Of a stretch of 64,000 nt of DNA, positions 21,079-31,226 are shown one piece after another. Position 1 is the stretch's first letter. Every line of letters starts with the position of its first letter. The stretch is taken from the NCBI GenBank assembly GCA_963729605.1, contig CAVSNY010000007.1, positions 352,001-416,000 on the forward strand. Direction: 5' to 3'. The stretch comes from an uncultured Gammaproteobacteria bacterium (GTDB lineage: Bacteria; Pseudomonadota; Gammaproteobacteria; DRLM01). Below the pieces are notes generated by a model. The model worked only from the letters and a program-made list of their open reading frames with translations, made no database searches and was not told where the DNA came from. The position numbers and the translations under genes were made by a program.

Positions 21079-23232
21079 TTAAAATTTTCCGTAATACCCT
21101 TCCTTCAAGGCATCGTAGAGATTGGCGGCGCTGTGAATCTCGCCGTCGTATTCGATCTCCTGATTGCCCTTGGCCTCGATCACCGTGCCGTCCTCCAAGG
21201 TGAATTTATACGTGGTGTTGGCGAGATCGCTTTCCTTCACCAGCACGCCTTGGAAGGCCTCGGGGTTGAAGCGGAAGGTGGTGCAGCCTTTCAGGCCTTG
21301 TTCATAGGCGTACAGATAAATATTCTTGAATTTCTCGTACGGATAATCGGTGGGCACGTTGGCGGTTTTCGAGATGGAGGAGTCCACCCATTTTTGCGCC
21401 GCGGCCTGGATGTCCACATGTTCTTTCGGATTGATGTCCTCGGCGGTGATGAAGTAGTCGGGGAGCAGTTCTTCTTCTTTCTCCGAAAACGGCACGGCCT
21501 TGGGATTGATCAATTCCCGGTAGGCGAGCAGTTCGAAGGAGAACACGTCGATCTTCTCTTTGCTCTTTTTGCCTTCGCGGATCACGTTGCGGAAATAGTG
21601 ATGGGCGAAGCTGGGCTCGATGCCGTTGCTGGCGTTGTTGGCCAGCGACAGCGAAATAGTACCGGTGGGCGCGATGGAGGTGTGGTGGGTGAAGCGCGCG
21701 CCGACCTCGGCGAGTTTTTCCACCAGCTCCGGCGCGACGCCGGCCACCCGCTGCATATACCGGCTGTATTTGGCGTGCAGCACTTTGCCTTTGATGGCGT
21801 CGCCGACCTGCCAGCCGTCGCGCGCCATTTCGGGCCGCTTGCGCAGCAGCTCTTCGTTGACGATGAAGTCTTCGTCCATGATCGGCGCCGGGCCCTTTTC
21901 CTGGGCGAGCTGCAAGGCGGTTTGCCAGCCTTCCACCGCCATTTCGCGGGTGACCCGCTCGGTGAATTCCACCGACTCGGACGAGCCGTATTTCATGCGC
22001 AGCATGGTGAGGGTGGAGCCCAGGCCGAGGTAGCCCATGCCGTGCCGGCGCTTGCGCAGGATTTCCTGGCGCTGCCCCGCGAGGGGCAGGCCGTTGATCT
22101 CCACCACGTTGTCCAGCATGCGGGTGAAGATCGCCACCACCTTGCGGTATTCCTCCCAATCGAAACGGGCGCGCTCGGTGAAGGGGTCGCGCACGAAGGT
22201 GGTGAGGTTGACCGAACCCAGCAGGCATGAGCCGTAGGGCGGCAGCGGCTGTTCGCCGCAGGGATTGGTGGCGCGGATGTTTTCGCAGAACCAGTTGTTG
22301 TTCATCTCATTGACCTTGTCGATGAGGATGAAGCCCGGCTCGGCGAAATCGTAGGTGGAGGACATGATGACGTCCCACAGCCGTTTGGCGCGGATGGTCT
22401 TGTAGACCTTGCAGGCCACCAGTCCGGCGGCGTCGCTGATATAGCCCTCTTGGATCGGCCACTCGCGCCACACCACCTTGGCGGGATCGTCGAGGTCGAG
22501 GCGGTCCGCCTCCGCCTCTTTGCGGCTGATGGGGAAGGCCAGTTTCCAGTCGCCGTCCTGCTTCACCGCTTCCATGAAATCCTCGGTGATGAGCAGCGAG
22601 AGATTGAACTGGCGCAGCCGGCCGTTTTCCCGTTTGGCGCGGACGAAATCCGCCACGTCCGGATGGCCGACGTCGAAGGTGCCCATCTGCGCGCCGCGGC
22701 GGCCGCCGGCGCTGGAGACGGTGAAACACATCTTGTCGTAGATATCCATGAACGACAGCGGACCGGACGTGTAGGCGCCGGCGCCGGACACGTAGGCGCC
22801 CTTGGGGCGCAGGGTGGAAAATTCGTAGCCGATGCCGCAGCCGGCCTTGAGGGTGAGACCCGCCTCGTGGACCTTTTGCAGGATGTCGTCCATGGAGTCG
22901 CGGATCGCGCCGGAGACGGTGCAATTGATGGTCGAGGTGGCGGGCTTGTAGGCCAGCGCGCCGGCGTTGGAGGTGATGCGGCCGGCGGGGATGGCGCCAT
23001 GGCGCAAGGCCCACAGAAATTCGTCGTAATGCTGCTCGCGTTTTTCGGGCGTGGCCTCCACGTCCGACAAGGCGCGCGCGACCCGCTGATAAGTGTCGTC
23101 CATGGTGTGATCGACCACGGTACCGTCTTTGGCCTTCAGGCGGTATTTTTTGTCCCAGATGTCCTGGGAGGCGGGTTGATACGGGATGTCAGAAACGTTG
23201 ACCGAAACGGCTTTCAAATGCGCGGTCTTCAT
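21079..23232 (-). CDS. nrdJa: adenosylcobalamin-dependent ribonucleotide reductase
   Basis: TINC, ATNPCGEQ, SIAPTGTIS, GIEP, SISKTAN. Confidence 0.93.
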   Translation of the reverse strand: MKTAHLKAVSVNVSDIPYQPASQDIWDKKYRLKAKDGTVVDHTMDDTYQRVARALSDVEATPEKREQHYDEFLWALRHGAIPAGRITSNAGALAYKPATSTINCTVSGAIRDSMDDILQKVHEAGLTLKAGCGIGYEFSTLRPKGAYVSGAGAYTSGPLSFMDIYDKMCFTVSSAGGRRGAQMGTFDVGHPDVADFVRAKRENGRLRQFNLSLLITEDFMEAVKQDGDWKLAFPISRKEAEADRLDLDDPAKVVWREWPIQEGYISDAAGLVACKVYKTIRAKRLWDVIMSSTYDFAEPGFILIDKVNEMNNNWFCENIRATNPCGEQPLPPYGSCLLGSVNLTTFVRDPFTERARFDWEEYRKVVAIFTRMLDNVVEINGLPLAGQRQEILRKRRHGMGYLGLGSTLTMLRMKYGSSESVEFTERVTREMAVEGWQTALQLAQEKGPAPIMDEDFIVNEELLRKRPEMARDGWQVGDAIKGKVLHAKYSRYMQRVAGVAPELVEKLAEVGARFTHHTSIAPTGTISLSLANNASNGIEPSFAHHYFRNVIREGKKSKEKIDVFSFELLAYRELINPKAVPFSEKEEELLPDYFITAEDINPKEHVDIQAAAQKWVDSSISKTANVPTDYPYEKFKNIYLYAYEQGLKGCTTFRFNPEAFQGVLVKESDLANTTYKFTLEDGTVIEAKGNQEIEYDGEIHSAANLYDALKEGYYGKF

Positions 23233-23323
23233 AGGGTGCGTCCCCCTCCATAGCTACGAGCGTGATTGTCCTTCAAGGCCCACTAATTATAGGCTTTCCC
23301 CGAGTATCTGGGATCTGGACGAA

Positions 23324-23513
23324 ACACAAGATATGGGGGTGATGGCAAAGAGTAGGCTGAGTGGCGAAAGCTGTCAAATCATTTTAACGAAACGGCCATA
23401 ATATTTTTAAATATTAAAAAACAATATGTTGAGATTATCCTGGGCCGATGTGAATACGGACTGTTTCAATGGGCTTAAAGAATAAGCAAAATCGCGGCCA
23501 CAATATGTTGTGT
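23324..23513. promoter_or_regulatory. putative NrdR boxes
   Basis: CCACAATATGTTGTGT (23498), AAACAATATGTTGAGA (23419), ACACAAGATATGGGGG (23324) resemble acaCwAtATaTwGtgt, upstream of nrdJa. Confidence 0.6.
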
Positions 23514-23698
23514 CACCCCACCTAGGGTCAATCCGGCATGGAAGGGCAGCGCCGGCTCGCCGGAGGCCGTGATTGCGGCGGTGTCCCGGACATTGAACCA
23601 CTCGATTGGGGAAGGCCTCTAACAGCCCGTAAAAATAGGCATATAACGGCCGGTTATCCCCATCGACAATGAACATTTGGAAAAAGGACGCGCGTTTG

Positions 23699-25075
23699 AT
23701 GAGCATCAAATCTGGTTTGCGATTTGTCTTTGTGACCCTGCTTGGCTTGGCTCTGAGCCAGCCCTTGTCGGCCGCCCTGCCGGCCAGTGATAGCCAGGGC
23801 CAACCCCTGCCCAGTTTGGCGCCGATGTTGGACCAGGTGTTGCCCGCGGTGGTGAACATCTCCACCCGCGGCCGGGTCCGGGTCGCCGACAATCCGCTGC
23901 TGCAAGACCCGTTTTTCCGCCGTTTCTTCGGCGTGCCGGACCGGCCCCGCGAACGGCCCACCCAAAGCCTGGGCTCCGGGGTGATCGTGGATGCCAAAAA
24001 CGGGTATGTGCTGACCAATAATCACGTCATCGACAAGGCCGACGAGATCACCGTCATTTTGAAAGACGGCCGCAGCGTCACCGCCACCTTGGTGGGCAAA
24101 GACCCGGAGGCCGACGTCGCGGTGATACAAATCCCCGCGGAAAATCTGGTGGCGGTGACGCTGACCGATTCGGACCGGGTGCGGGTCGGGGATTTCGTGG
24201 TGGCGATCGGCAATCCCTTCGGCTTGGGGCAGACCGTCACCTCGGGCATCGTCAGCGCCAAGGGGCGCAGCGGCTTGCGCATCGAGGGATATGAAGACTT
24301 CATTCAAACCGACGCCTCGATCAATCCCGGCAATTCCGGCGGCGCGCTGGTCAATCTGCGCGGCGAACTGGTGGGCGTGAACACCGCCATCCTGGCGCCG
24401 GGCGGCGGCAACATCGGCATCGGTTTCGCCATCCCCGCCAACATGGCGCGCAAGATCATGGACCAGCTGGTCACCCACGGCGAGGTGCGGCGCGGCCGGG
24501 TCGGTCTCTCGGTGCAGGACCTGACCCCCGATCTCGCCAAGGCCTTCGGCATCAAGGAGACCCGCGGCGCGGTGATCGCCAAGACCTTCAAGGATTCCCC
24601 CGCTGAAAAGGCCGGTTTAAAGACCGGCGACGTGGTGATCTCCATCAACGGCAAGCCGGTGAGTTCTTCGGCGGAGCTGCGCAATGTCTTCGGTTTATTG
24701 CAGATAGGTGAGGTCGCGGTGGTGGACGTGATCCGTGACGGCCGGCCGCGCACCTTCCGGGTCACCATCGCCGAACCGGTGCGGGCGTCGCTGGAAGGCA
24801 GGCGGGTCAGCCCCGTTTTGCAAGGCGCGACCTTCAGCGCCATCGAGGAAGGCAGCCCCGCTTACGGCCGCATCGAGGGCGTGCTGGTAACGAAGATCGA
24901 ATCGGATTCGCCGGCGTGGCGGGCGGGCTTGCGCAGGGACGACGTGATCGTGTCCGTCAACCGTCAGCCGGTGCCGCATTTGGAGGCCTTGCAACAGGCC
25001 GTTAAAACCGCTCAGCGCGGCCTGTTGATCAACCTGCGCCGCGGTGACGAGGCCTTGTTTATTTTGATTCAGTGA
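23699..25075 (+). CDS. DegP/DegQ serine endoprotease
   Basis: Signal peptide, TNNHV, GNPFGL, INPGNSGG, two PDZ domains. Confidence 0.95.
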   Translation: MSIKSGLRFVFVTLLGLALSQPLSAALPASDSQGQPLPSLAPMLDQVLPAVVNISTRGRVRVADNPLLQDPFFRRFFGVPDRPRERPTQSLGSGVIVDAKNGYVLTNNHVIDKADEITVILKDGRSVTATLVGKDPEADVAVIQIPAENLVAVTLTDSDRVRVGDFVVAIGNPFGLGQTVTSGIVSAKGRSGLRIEGYEDFIQTDASINPGNSGGALVNLRGELVGVNTAILAPGGGNIGIGFAIPANMARKIMDQLVTHGEVRRGRVGLSVQDLTPDLAKAFGIKETRGAVIAKTFKDSPAEKAGLKTGDVVISINGKPVSSSAELRNVFGLLQIGEVAVVDVIRDGRPRTFRVTIAEPVRASLEGRRVSPVLQGATFSAIEEGSPAYGRIEGVLVTKIESDSPAWRAGLRRDDVIVSVNRQPVPHLEALQQAVKTAQRGLLINLRRGDEALFILIQ

Positions 25076-25120
25076 ACAGCGGCGCGGTGTCGGTTGCGCC
25101 GGGTATCCCGTCACGCGCAC

Positions 25121-25148
25121 AAGCGGGCCGCAACGCCCGCTTTTTTTT
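25121..25148 (+). terminator. intrinsic terminator
   Basis: GCGGGC-CGCAAC-GCCCGC followed by T8. Confidence 0.75.
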
Positions 25149-25241
25149 GCGTGTGGATAAGGGCGGTGTCATCGCCGACGGATTTGCCGCTACGCGACGG
25201 CGTGCCCTGCGCCAATGTGCGATGAATGCGAACACGCCGCT

Positions 25242-25907
25242 TCACGGCGTAACGGCTGCGTCGGCAGCCATGGTGATTCGCGTGTGGTCGGGCATCGTGG
25301 TTTGATGAACGCTCGGCAATGGTATGGATTTATTTGTCAGCTCGGCATCGACGGCTTCGTCCGATACGAAATCCGGCGCGGCTGAAGCGGTCGTCTCCGG
25401 CAAGGTGGTACGGGCCGCTTCCCAGGCCATGGTGGTGCTTGGGGTTTCATCCTCGGCACGCGCGCGTGAGCCCATCAGTTGCACCAATACCAAGGCCGCT
25501 TGCTCCGCCACCGCCGGTTCATAATCCGCGGTCATTGCTTCCAGGCGGGCGTTGAATCGATCCTGGCTGGAAAAAAACTCCGGTCGTTGCGCGATCCGAT
25601 CCAACGCGCCGCCGCGCTCTTGCGGATCGGCGCTGAACAGCGCGATATACACGGCGTCGGGATCGAAATCCACTTCCGCGGCCGGCGGTATCGACGGCGT
25701 CGCATCCGGTGCGGGCGTGATGGCCGGCGATGGACTTATGACAATCCGTGCGTCGCCATGCTCGTCCGGCGCTCGTTGCGCCGGGTGAAGTCCGCCGTCG
25801 AGGTCGCGCGCCGTGACGGCGGGGCCGGTGTGATTCCACGGCTGAATTATCGCGATGAGCAATAAAAATCCGGCGCCCGTTACCCAAGCCAGTGGTCGAT
25901 AGTTCAC
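25242..25907 (-). CDS. hypothetical membrane-anchored protein, possible HEAT-like repeat
   Basis: GGAG RBS, N-terminal TM, Pro-rich linker, helical repeat. Confidence 0.55.
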   Translation of the reverse strand: MNYRPLAWVTGAGFLLLIAIIQPWNHTGPAVTARDLDGGLHPAQRAPDEHGDARIVISPSPAITPAPDATPSIPPAAEVDFDPDAVYIALFSADPQERGGALDRIAQRPEFFSSQDRFNARLEAMTADYEPAVAEQAALVLVQLMGSRARAEDETPSTTMAWEAARTTLPETTASAAPDFVSDEAVDAELTNKSIPLPSVHQTTMPDHTRITMAADAAVTP

Positions 25908-26144
25908 ATCGGGACTCCTTTTAACTCAAGGCACGATGGCCCCGTTTCACGAAGTAACCCTCGGTCCGGTTGATCAATAGCCCTCTCCCGTCACGGGAGA
26001 GGGCGAATTACCCAAGTTTGTATCATGACCCTGTGTCTTGTGTTTCATCGGTGACATGAAAGCGCGTCCATCGTATCGAATCACCGATCTAAAAACCCAG
26101 CGGCACTCCTAATAGTGGCGCTGCGCGTCGCGAAACGCGGCTGG

Positions 26145-26591
26145 CTACTTACGGAAAAGCTCGGTGCGCATGTAGTCATAACGAGTGTCGCCCGCGGCGA
26201 ATTTGGTGCGGGTCTCCACCTCCAGAAAATTTCCTCCATCATATTCATAGGCGCGCTTCGCCGTCACCGCCATGGTCGAAAAACCAAAGTTATATTGTCC
26301 GCTAAGCCCGTAGGCAACTGAAGAAGACACCGCCTTGCTGAACGGTGACGCAACGACCGCGCCATGGTCGCAAGGCGTCGGGCTGCACGCGCCGTAGGTG
26401 TGAATCTTGAAACCGCTGGCGTCGTTGGTGATGGCGATCTTTACGATGCCGCCGGTGGTGGGATTGACGTTGGTCCAGGTCCCGGTCAGATTGGTGACGC
26501 CGGTGGGCGGCTGGGCCAATGACGGCTGTGCGGCCAACCCCAGCAAGCCAAGTCCGATGACGCCGAATATGCTGTACTTGATGCTCTTCAT
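26145..26591 (-). CDS. hypothetical secreted protein
   Basis: GAGGAG RBS, signal peptide, GTWTN, CSPTPC. Confidence 0.75.
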   Translation of the reverse strand: MKSIKYSIFGVIGLGLLGLAAQPSLAQPPTGVTNLTGTWTNVNPTTGGIVKIAITNDASGFKIHTYGACSPTPCDHGAVVASPFSKAVSSSVAYGLSGQYNFGFSTMAVTAKRAYEYDGGNFLEVETRTKFAAGDTRYDYMRTELFRK

Positions 26592-27424
26592 GACACTGTC
26601 TCCTCGTTTATGAAGGTGAATACCGGTTGCCGCGTCGCATGGCGGCCCGACAACGGCGCGGTGTGGACATAAACTAACGGTCGGTGAACGGGGAGACAGT
26701 GAAATTGGATGATGCGCGAATGTGAAATAATGCCGTGACAGCGGGCAGGCGAATATGGATCAACGAAGCTCGGCGGTTATTTTTCCTCGCGATCGATGCG
26801 GCTCATTGCATTTACCGCATCCCGCCGGGGCTTTATCCGCTGATTAACGCGTTTCCCTCTTCATGCGAACGCCTCCATTTTCAATTAGTGCGGCGATTCT
26901 GATGCCACGACCGAATGTATTTGTCTATCTCTTCGAGTGTTCGAGCGGCATTCGTTTTTTTTCAAACTTTCCACTGAACCATAGGAATTGCTATCGATGC
27001 CCGAAGAGCGGTGCCGATATGACATATGTCCAATGCTCGTTTTCATGTTTTTTTAGCCGCATTGTGATCCGATCTGTATCGGGTACCCTGGCCGGGATCG
27101 TTCTTTACCCGATGCGGCCTGTAAGCCAAAAGGTGCCGAGCTTGTGGTCTCTATGGATGGGATGGCGGATCGGGAGTAAATGCGCGGTGAATGGCTCGAC
27201 GAATACGGGTGGCTTTTCCGAAGGGAGACGTTTATTCTTCCCATGCCCGGGTCGAGGCCCGGGTTGTTCTATGCTCTCCCAGTGCGTCGCCAATAATTGA
27301 TGATTTAATCCCTGGTCAAAGAGCGGCGCTCGGTAGTGGTTTGATCGCGGCCGCCATTGCCGATGCCGCTGGCGGCCGTTTATAATCCCAGTCGCTTTAT
27401 TCACTCTGAAACAGAAGTTGAAAT

Positions 27425-27949
27425 ATGGAAAAGAAATATCAAAACAACACGGTCAAGCTATTGGCGAGTATCGTATTCGCCAGCCGCTGGCTGCAAGCCC
27501 CCCTCTATTTGGGCTTGATCATCGCGCAAGGGGTGTACGTCTACCTCTTCGTGAAAGAATTAATACACTTGGTGCAACACGCGCACACCTTCGGCGAAGT
27601 CGAGATTATGCTGGTGGTGCTGGGGCTGATCGACGTCGTCATGATCGCGAATCTGTTATTGATGGTGATCGTAGGCGGCTACGAAACCTTCGTGTCGCGT
27701 CTGTATCTGGAGAATCACGCCGATCAGCCCGAGTGGCTGGCGCATGTCAATGCCGGCACCATGAAGGTTAAACTCTCCATGGCCTTGATCGGTATTTCAT
27801 CCGTTCACCTTTTGAAAACTTTTATTGAAGCGCCGAACCTGACCCAGCAGACCATGATGTGGCAGGTGATCATTCATATGGCCTTCGTGCTGTCGGCGAT
27901 GGCGATGGCGTACACCAATCGCTTGATGGAACCCGCTAAGAGTCACTAA
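27425..27949 (+). CDS. TIGR00645/YqhA-family membrane protein
   Basis: SRWLQAPLYLGL, GGYETFVSRL, IGISSVHLL. Confidence 0.85.
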   Translation: MEKKYQNNTVKLLASIVFASRWLQAPLYLGLIIAQGVYVYLFVKELIHLVQHAHTFGEVEIMLVVLGLIDVVMIANLLLMVIVGGYETFVSRLYLENHADQPEWLAHVNAGTMKVKLSMALIGISSVHLLKTFIEAPNLTQQTMMWQVIIHMAFVLSAMAMAYTNRLMEPAKSH

Positions 27950-28001
27950 AACTTCGGCAGCCTGTCTAAACGGGGATAGCCGCGATCGGTATCCCCCGCT
28001 A

Positions 28002-28676
28002 TCAGGCTCGCGCCATCTCGCTGGCCGTTTCTCTCTCCAATAGCTTCACCTCGCCCCGTCCCTCCAGCCATTCCAGCAGTGGCCGCCACTGTTCCACGTC
28101 GTGCGCGGCCTGGCCGCCGGGCAATTCAAAAATTCCCAGGCCCTGTTGTACGGCGCGGATGTAGTTCTGGGTTTCACGGAAGGTGGCGACGAAGGGAATC
28201 TCGAGGCTTTTGAGAAAGCGTTCGAGGTCCTGGTAAATGAGATTTTGTTCGCGCACGCGGTTGGCCACCACGGCCAGTCGGCCTTCGTGACGCAAGGCGT
28301 GACAGGTGAGCAGCAGTTCGCGGATGAAGTGGGTGGCGGCGCGGATGTCGATGGGCGAGGGCAGCACCGGCACGACCACGGCCTCGGCGTGGCGCACCAG
28401 ATGACTCAGCTCGCGGCCCGCCACCCGCGCGGGGGCGTCGATGAGAAAATAGTCGGGGCGCTGGGTGGCGCGCACCGGTTCGCGCCAGGCCTTGACGCCT
28501 TCGATGGGTGGCCGGTCGGCGGGACGCGCCGCCAGCCAGTCGATGCTGCTGCCTTGCGGGTCGAAGTCGGCGATCAGCACCGACTTGCCCCGCGAGGCGT
28601 AATAACCCGCCAGATTGGTGGTGAGGGTGGTTTTGCCGCAGCCGCCTTTGGCGTTGAGCAGCACGATGGACCGCAT
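28002..28676 (-). CDS. ParA-family ATPase
   Basis: KGGCGKTT deviant Walker A, DPQGS. Confidence 0.85.
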   Translation of the reverse strand: MRSIVLLNAKGGCGKTTLTTNLAGYYASRGKSVLIADFDPQGSSIDWLAARPADRPPIEGVKAWREPVRATQRPDYFLIDAPARVAGRELSHLVRHAEAVVVPVLPSPIDIRAATHFIRELLLTCHALRHEGRLAVVANRVREQNLIYQDLERFLKSLEIPFVATFRETQNYIRAVQQGLGIFELPGGQAAHDVEQWRPLLEWLEGRGEVKLLERETASEMARA

Positions 28677-28800
28677 GGAAACTCCTTCAACGTATGGATG
28701 CGGGGATTATATTCTTCGGCCGGGAAATTATCCCCTTCCCGGTCGCGCCATCACGCGGAACGAGGGCGAGCGGGGGCGAATGCGCGCAACGGCTGGCCCC

Positions 28801-30267
28801 TCAATTCAGTCCCAACTCATCCCACATGGCATCGACGCGCCGTTTGACGTCGTCGCTCATCTGGATCGGCCGACCCCATTCGCGCGTGGTTTCGCCGGGC
28901 CATTTATTCGTAGCGTCGAAGCCAACCTTGCCGCCGAGGCCCGACACCGGCGAGGCGAAGTCGAGATAGTCGATGGGCGTGTTCTCCACGATCAGCGTGT
29001 CGCGCGCCGGGTCCATGCGGGTGGTCATGGCCCAGATCACATCCTTCCAGTCGCGCACGTTGACGTCGTCGTCGGTGACGATCACGAACTTGGTGTACAT
29101 GAACTGCCGCAAAAAACTCCACACGCCGAACATCACCCGCTTGGCGTGGCCGGGATATTGTTTCTTCATGCTCACGCAGGCCATGCGATACGAACAGCCC
29201 TCGGGCGGCAGATAGAAATCGGTGATCTCGGGAAACTGCTTTTGCAAAATCGGCACGAACACCTCGTTGAGCGCGACGCCGAGCACCGCCGGTTCGTCGG
29301 GCGGCCGGCCGGTGTAGGTGCTGTGATAGATGGGCTTGTCGCGATGGGTGATGCGCTCGACCGTGAACACCGGAAAGGTCTCGACCTCGTTGTAATAACC
29401 GGTGTGATCGCCGAACGGACCTTCCGGCGCGGTCTCGCCCGGATAAATGAAACCTTCGAGCACGATCTCGGCGCTGGCCGGCACTTGCAGGTCGTGGCTT
29501 TTACATTTGACCAATTCGGTTTTTGAGCCGCGCAACAAACCGGCGAAGGCATATTCCGACAAGGAATCCGGCACCGGCGTCACCGCCGCGAGGATGGTCG
29601 CGGGATCGGCGCCGAGCGCGACCGCCACCGGAAAGGGCTGCCCCGGATGCGCCGCGCACCAGTCGCGAAAATCCAGCGCGCCGCCGCGATGGGCCAGCCA
29701 GCGCATGATGAGTTTGTTGCGGCCGATCACCTGCTGGCGGTAGATGCCCATGTTCTGCCGGTCTTTGTGCGGCCCCTTGGTGACCACCAGCGCCCACGTG
29801 ATGAGCGGACCGGCGTCCTCGGGCCAGCAGGTTTGAATCGGAATTTTCGCGAGATCGACGTCGTCCTTCTCGATCACGTTCTCCTGACACGCCGCGCGGC
29901 CCACCACCTTGGGCGCCATATTGAGCACCTGCTTCAACACCGGCCACTTCTCGATGGCGTCGCGAAAACCCTTGGGCGGTTCCGGCTCCTTCAGATAGGC
30001 GAGCAGCTTGCCGACATCGCGCAAGGCCGACACCGAATCCTGTCCCATGCCCAGCGCCACGCGGCGCGGCGTGCCGAACAGATTGCCGAGCACCGGCATG
30101 CGGTGACCGGTGGCTTTTTCAAACAAAAGCGCCGGACCTTCGCGCCGCAAGGTGCGGTCGCAAATTTCCGTCATTTCCAGCGCGGGATTCACCTCGACGG
30201 AAACACGTTTGAGTTCGCCGAGGCGTTCGAGTTGTTGAATGAAGTCGCGGAGGTCGTGGTATTTCAT
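28801..30267 (-). CDS. ubiD: 4-hydroxy-3-polyprenylbenzoate decarboxylase
   Basis: MKYHDLRDF start, [19 protein letters not shown]. Confidence 0.95.
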   Translation of the reverse strand: MKYHDLRDFIQQLERLGELKRVSVEVNPALEMTEICDRTLRREGPALLFEKATGHRMPVLGNLFGTPRRVALGMGQDSVSALRDVGKLLAYLKEPEPPKGFRDAIEKWPVLKQVLNMAPKVVGRAACQENVIEKDDVDLAKIPIQTCWPEDAGPLITWALVVTKGPHKDRQNMGIYRQQVIGRNKLIMRWLAHRGGALDFRDWCAAHPGQPFPVAVALGADPATILAAVTPVPDSLSEYAFAGLLRGSKTELVKCKSHDLQVPASAEIVLEGFIYPGETAPEGPFGDHTGYYNEVETFPVFTVERITHRDKPIYHSTYTGRPPDEPAVLGVALNEVFVPILQKQFPEITDFYLPPEGCSYRMACVSMKKQYPGHAKRVMFGVWSFLRQFMYTKFVIVTDDDVNVRDWKDVIWAMTTRMDPARDTLIVENTPIDYLDFASPVSGLGGKVGFDATNKWPGETTREWGRPIQMSDDVKRRVDAMWDELGLN

Positions 30268-30294
30268 GGCGGCAATGATAGCAGGGCGGCGGTT

Positions 30295-30396
30295 AGCAAG
30301 CGTAGTCCGAGTTGAGCGGGAGCGAACCCCGGGATTCGCGGCATCCTCACCCCAACCCCGTGTTTCGCAAACGGCGCTCAATCCAGGCTGCTTGCT
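30295..30396. repeat. REPIN-like inverted pair (GTAG type)
   Basis: AGCAAGCGTAGTCCGAGTTGAGCG ... CGCTCAATCCAGGCTGCTTGCT. Confidence 0.65.
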
Positions 30397-30462
30397 GTAA
30401 TGCTTGACCCGGATTTTCTCCCGCACCTGATCCAACAGCTTTGGCTTGACAGCGTTCTGCAT
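30394..30462 (-). pseudogene. intI: integron integrase 5' stub #1
   Basis: [23 protein letters not shown], matching the other two stubs and IntI N-termini. Confidence 0.8.
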
Positions 30463-30579
30463 GGAAGTGCACCCTCTTCAAAAAGAGTTGGGGCAATCCG
30501 CGCCCCGGCTCGTTTGACAGGTAATGACTTACAAAAAACGAAAGGATTAGACGCCAAATATGGCGCAATTTAAAGTACC

Positions 30580-30606
30580 AGATTGGGTGTCTACTTTGAG
30601 TTCGGC
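30580..30606 (+). other. attI-like site #1
   Basis: TGTCTAC-TTTGA-GTTCGGC, divergent from intI stub and immediately before a low-GC ORF. Confidence 0.7.
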
Positions 30607-30621
30607 CTTTAGGAGAAAACA

Positions 30622-31107
30622 ATGGATGAGCGTTGGATAACTTTACTTGAATACTGGCAAAATCATGAATTCGGCCATTCATTAACATTCCCTTTTATTA
30701 TAGGGGCGCTCCGACACCCAGTTGGTTCAAAGAACATTTCTGATATGTCGGCTCACGATGAGCTTAGAAAGCTAATTGACGCTATGAGATCTCATGTTGC
30801 TGATGGATATTACTACAACATTTATAGGTGTCCTGAACTTGGGCAGCTTGTTGTAAGAAAGGTCGTTAACTCAAGCCCGCCACATACTGCCATTGCCATA
30901 AAGCCAAAAGATTCTTCTGCAAATCCATCTCTCTTTGTATCTGATGGTTTGGAAAAAGGGTGCGCTTCTCCTTTTGATTCAATAGTAGAGCTTATTTGGA
31001 ATGAAGTAGGCTCTGCTATTGAAAATGGAAATTTTTCGTGTCACGGGAAAACATTCGGCGAGTTTAGCGAATATGACCTAAGGTTTATCAATAAGGGACT
31101 GGCCTAA
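30622..31107 (+). CDS. cassette hypothetical protein
   Basis: AGGAG RBS, low GC, stop codon lies in the attC R'' box. Confidence 0.75.
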   Translation: MDERWITLLEYWQNHEFGHSLTFPFIIGALRHPVGSKNISDMSAHDELRKLIDAMRSHVADGYYYNIYRCPELGQLVVRKVVNSSPPHTAIAIKPKDSSANPSLFVSDGLEKGCASPFDSIVELIWNEVGSAIENGNFSCHGKTFGEFSEYDLRFINKGLA

Positions 31108-31193
31108 AACGGCACTCGTTCGGACGCAAACTACGCTGCGCTGCGCTGCGCTGCGCTGCGCTTCGTTTGCGCCGCGCAGCTTGGTCTTTAGAG
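31102..31193 (+). other. degenerate attC site
   Basis: GCCTAAA-ACGGC-ACTCGTTC...GCGCAGC-TTGGTC-TTTAGAG with inner stem CGCAAAC/GTTTGCG. Confidence 0.7.
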
Positions 31194-31226
31194 CGTACGA
31201 GCCTCAATTGACAGGAGAGGAAACCG

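Noticed and set aside
23233-23690. Cobalamin riboswitch before the B12-dependent RNR
   Set aside because: No recognisable B12-box; the region is better explained by promoters and NrdR-like sites.
28002-28676. Plasmid or prophage partition locus
   Set aside because: Solitary ParA-family gene among housekeeping genes; no parB, rep or phage genes nearby.
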